DNA of 64,000 bases. Origin: Candidatus Enterousia sp. Lineage in GTDB: Bacteria > Pseudomonadota > Alphaproteobacteria > Rs-D84. The stretch's first letter is position 1; each line of letters begins with the position of its first letter. The notes under the pieces were generated by a model that was given only the letters and a program-made list of their open reading frames with translations, was not told the origin of the DNA and made no database searches. The stretch is taken from contig JAZROY010000003.1 in assembly GCA_045648925.1 (NCBI GenBank), positions 57,082 to 121,081 on the forward strand, read 5' to 3'. Shown here piece by piece: positions 61,625 to 64,000 of the stretch. The position numbers were made by a program, and so were the translations under genes.

Positions 61625-62635
61625 CTATTTTTCAAACTCACTTTTGTTTGGGAATTTTGTTTCAAAAAATTGTCTATTATGTTCATATGTTTCTTTTGTA
61701 GAATAAATACTGTCATTTATACAAACAACTGGCGCTTTACAAGATAAAACATTTGACTTGATTGCATCATTACAGAAAAATACTGAATTTTTTATAGATT
61801 TATAATTAACCAAATTATACAAAAAATCTAAAATAATATTATGTCCAACATGTTTTGAATGAGAAACAATTACATCTGCACGATTTTTTACAACATCGTA
61901 CAAATTAAAAACCAACCGATGAACATCATTTTCATCACGAAAACGATGATATTTTGTATTGTCTATATATTTCGAAAGTATTGGATGTTCACAACACTCT
62001 TTTATTGAAGATTTTATATATGGGTCAATACCATGCGAAGATTTATATTGATATAAATCAATACTAAAAACATCTTCAATAGCATGTGCTGAATTTATCA
62101 ATAATTTTAAATATATACTCTTTTCATCACGAAGATGCTTGCCATTTTTTCGCCGTATACAACGAAACTTTGCGCGTCCATTTTTATTAAAAAAATAATC
62201 TGGTTTAATCGGTTTATTAAAAAACATATCATCATTAGATAATAAAAAATATTCTGATAAATTTGGAATATTTGCAAGACATGCCTCAACTGCACAAGAA
62301 TTAAATATTGGACCAGCGTCCGATGGTAAAATAGATTCTTGGGGAACAATTGTAATTTTTGGATTTTTTGTATCCAACCAAGATGGAATCTGACCCAAAG
62401 CAGTCACAATATAAATATGATTTATCCATGGCGCATTTTGCTCTATTGAACGCAAAGAATATTTTAATTCATCATTATCACGAAAAATTTCATCCCTGAC
62501 ATCATCAACATATTTATTTGTATCTTTTTTACTTTCTTTTAAATATTTATTTTTTTCTGAATTAAACTTGGCATCACGGCTATCCACCCACAAATAAACA
62601 ATATCTATTGGAAAAATACTATTCATTTTAGTCAT
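61625..62635 (-). CDS. Stealth-family protein (capsular polysaccharide hexose-1-phosphoryltransferase family)
   Basis: 336 aa; CR1 IDIVYLWVDSRDAKF, CR2 NDELKYSLRSIEQNAPWINHIYIVT, CR3/CR4-like downstream blocks. Confidence 0.65.
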   Translation of the reverse strand: MTKMNSIFPIDIVYLWVDSRDAKFNSEKNKYLKESKKDTNKYVDDVRDEIFRDNDELKYSLRSIEQNAPWINHIYIVTALGQIPSWLDTKNPKITIVPQESILPSDAGPIFNSCAVEACLANIPNLSEYFLLSNDDMFFNKPIKPDYFFNKNGRAKFRCIRRKNGKHLRDEKSIYLKLLINSAHAIEDVFSIDLYQYKSSHGIDPYIKSSIKECCEHPILSKYIDNTKYHRFRDENDVHRLVFNLYDVVKNRADVIVSHSKHVGHNIILDFLYNLVNYKSIKNSVFFCNDAIKSNVLSCKAPVVCINDSIYSTKETYEHNRQFFETKFPNKSEFEK

Positions 62636-62699
62636 ATTAAACCTATTTGAACCACAGGCTAGGATTTTAGACTATAAAATACGATAAATCAAGTATTTA

Positions 62700-62740
62700 T
62701 AAGAAAAACACCCCTTCCGGGGTGTATTTTTATTTTTAAT
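62700..62740. terminator. Intrinsic terminator separating the tail-fibre-like genes from the glycan operon
   Basis: acacccc-ttcc-ggggtgt hairpin with T/A runs on both sides; sits just downstream (minus sense) of the 118-aa gene stop. Confidence 0.6.
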
Positions 62741-63092
62741 CTGTTAAATAAGGAATTTTTTTCTTTATTTCTTTAATTTTTTCATTTCGTTCAAATATTA
62801 AATTATTAATTTTTTTTATAACTTCCTCTGTTTGTTCTTCATCACGCAAACGGCTGATATGCGCTGTAATTGGGTCAATTTCTGTTAAGTATGCTTGCGC
62901 CCGTTTTTCACTCTGTTCTTCTTGCGTTGGTGCTGGTATATCTGATAACAACAAATATTCACCATTATATGCGCCAAAATCTGATATCGTATGCTCTGTA
63001 TCTTCGACCACTTTATCTTTTATTAAACAGAAAAACTTATTATCTGTATCAGATATTGCTATGATTTTACTATCTTTTATTGCTTTATACAT
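62736..63092 (-). CDS. Small protein resembling phage tail-fibre assembly chaperones (Tfa / Caudo_TAP-like), tentative
   Basis: 118 aa; ...ISDFGAYNGEYLLLSDIPAPTQEE... resembles the Tfa N-terminal segment; lies immediately downstream of a tail-fibre-like gene. Confidence 0.35.
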   Translation of the reverse strand: MYKAIKDSKIIAISDTDNKFFCLIKDKVVEDTEHTISDFGAYNGEYLLLSDIPAPTQEEQSEKRAQAYLTEIDPITAHISRLRDEEQTEEVIKKINNLIFERNEKIKEIKKKIPYLTD

Positions 63093-63104
63093 AACTTTAC
63101 TCCT

Positions 63105-64000
63105 TTATATTGCGCCTTGGGCATATACAAATTTAAAAACAACAGTGCTTCCTGCCAAGTTATATTCTACTTTGAAAGTTTCGCCATTTTTAACTGGGAT
63201 ATAGCCGGCTATATAACCACCAGATGTTGCTGATTTATTAACAACCTGTATATTACTGCCATACAACACAAAATATTGCCCCACAGCAGTAGCATCTTTT
63301 CTAAAATAAACATAACCATCAGCAGGTGCTGTATAACTATTTCCACTTGCACCAAGGGTTAAATCAATATATTTACCACTTGGCATTGATTGATGCACGA
63401 TAAAATTTGTGTCATTATAATCTAGTGAACGAAACGCTTGCTTTGGTATAAATTCTCCTGTTATAGAATTAAAATAACATATTGTTGCACCAACTATTAT
63501 CTGTTCTGCACCTTGAGCTGTCATAGTATTATACAATATATTTTCAGACGGTTTGTACCATGCTTTATAATTTGTTCCAGGGTATGTTTCTTGACTATAT
63601 TCTCTATATAAGAAATAAGATAAACCATTATTAGTTATCGCAACAGTATAACCCAAATTACTTGTAAGATTATTTATTGTTTTTACAGTCGTAATTTCAA
63701 CAACAGTATTATTTAATGTTCCATCGGTATTTCTACCATTAGGTGCTATACCTTTTACACCCGGTAAAACAAACAATGTTGAACCAATATAACCAAAACC
63801 GTTAAAAATTTTATCAATAGATGTAATTTTACCACCTGATACAGTGATAACCGCCAAAGGTAAAGAATATGTGTCTGGTAAAGTTGAATAATTATATGTT
63901 GTTGTTAAAATTGTTGATAATGTTGAACCGTTGTATACGGCAAAATATATGCCATTCGTCGTTTGTGTTGTTGTTAAATCTGATGTTATTAAAACACTTG
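63105..64000 (-). CDS. Partial CDS (C-terminal region; gene continues past window end): beta-rich Ser/Thr/Tyr/Asn/Gly-rich protein resembling phage tail-fibre / receptor-binding proteins
   Basis: The frame of the 250-aa ORF stays open upstream of its TTG (63857) to 64000 (...TTQTTNGIYFAVYNGSTLSTILTTTYNYSTLPDTYSLP-LAVITVSGG...); low-complexity G/S/T/N/Y beta-strand composition; followed by a Tfa-like gene. Confidence 0.4.
   Translation of the reverse strand, partial: SVLITSDLTTTQTTNGIYFAVYNGSTLSTILTTTYNYSTLPDTYSLPLAVITVSGGKITSIDKIFNGFGYIGSTLFVLPGVKGIAPNGRNTDGTLNNTVVEITTVKTINNLTSNLGYTVAITNNGLSYFLYREYSQETYPGTNYKAWYKPSENILYNTMTAQGAEQIIVGATICYFNSITGEFIPKQAFRSLDYNDTNFIVHQSMPSGKYIDLTLGASGNSYTAPADGYVYFRKDATAVGQYFVLYGSNIQVVNKSATSGGYIAGYIPVKNGETFKVEYNLAGSTVVFKFVYAQGAI

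Overview
This is a gene-dense, AT-rich (about one-third GC) chromosomal segment. Gene content and order look like an alphaproteobacterial, Rickettsiales/Holosporales-like endosymbiont, though no database search was possible.

Most of the window is housekeeping. It carries ruvC, a DUF721 gene, mltA, secB, yebC, ruvA, mnmE, xth, an addB-like nuclease, engB, rsmI, an lpoA-like lipoprotein, lolD, lolC/E, ftsQ, an ftsA-like gene fused in frame to rpe, tsaE, uvrB, an asmA-like gene, aspS, ung, a HhH-GPD glycosylase, gyrB, lpxC, lpxK and galE. Five tRNAs are present: Gly-UCC, Tyr-GUA, Thr-GGU, elongator Met-CAU and initiator fMet-CAU. There are no rRNA genes, CRISPR arrays or transposases.

The accessory content is more interesting:
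- A GC-rich palindrome is inserted in frame in mnmE, in the manner of Rickettsia palindromic elements.
- Three diverged acyl-CoA ligase paralogs sit in tandem.
- Both CAU-anticodon tRNA genes are followed by arrays of 150-200 bp units, each ending in a copy of the tRNA 3' end.
- A four-gene type IVb-pilus-like core (BfpC/PilO-like, PilP/BfpU-like, GspE-like ATPase, GspF-like platform) sits between gyrB and lpxC. Next to it is a Cys-rich secreted-protein gene carrying an in-ORF (AC)14 tract.
- A surface-glycan operon carries gmd-rmd, glf, GT8, GT4 and Stealth genes, plus a 1299-aa protein with three GT2 modules, a coiled coil and a methyltransferase-like domain. A phage tail-fibre-like gene and a Tfa-like chaperone gene abut it.
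- A tRNA-proximal islet holds a zinc-ribbon gene and a T5orf172/GIY-YIG-like gene.
- A ~100 bp palindrome-rich direct repeat pair lies upstream of an XRE regulator.

All assignments rest on motif and architecture recognition from the translated ORFs and on manual tRNA folding.
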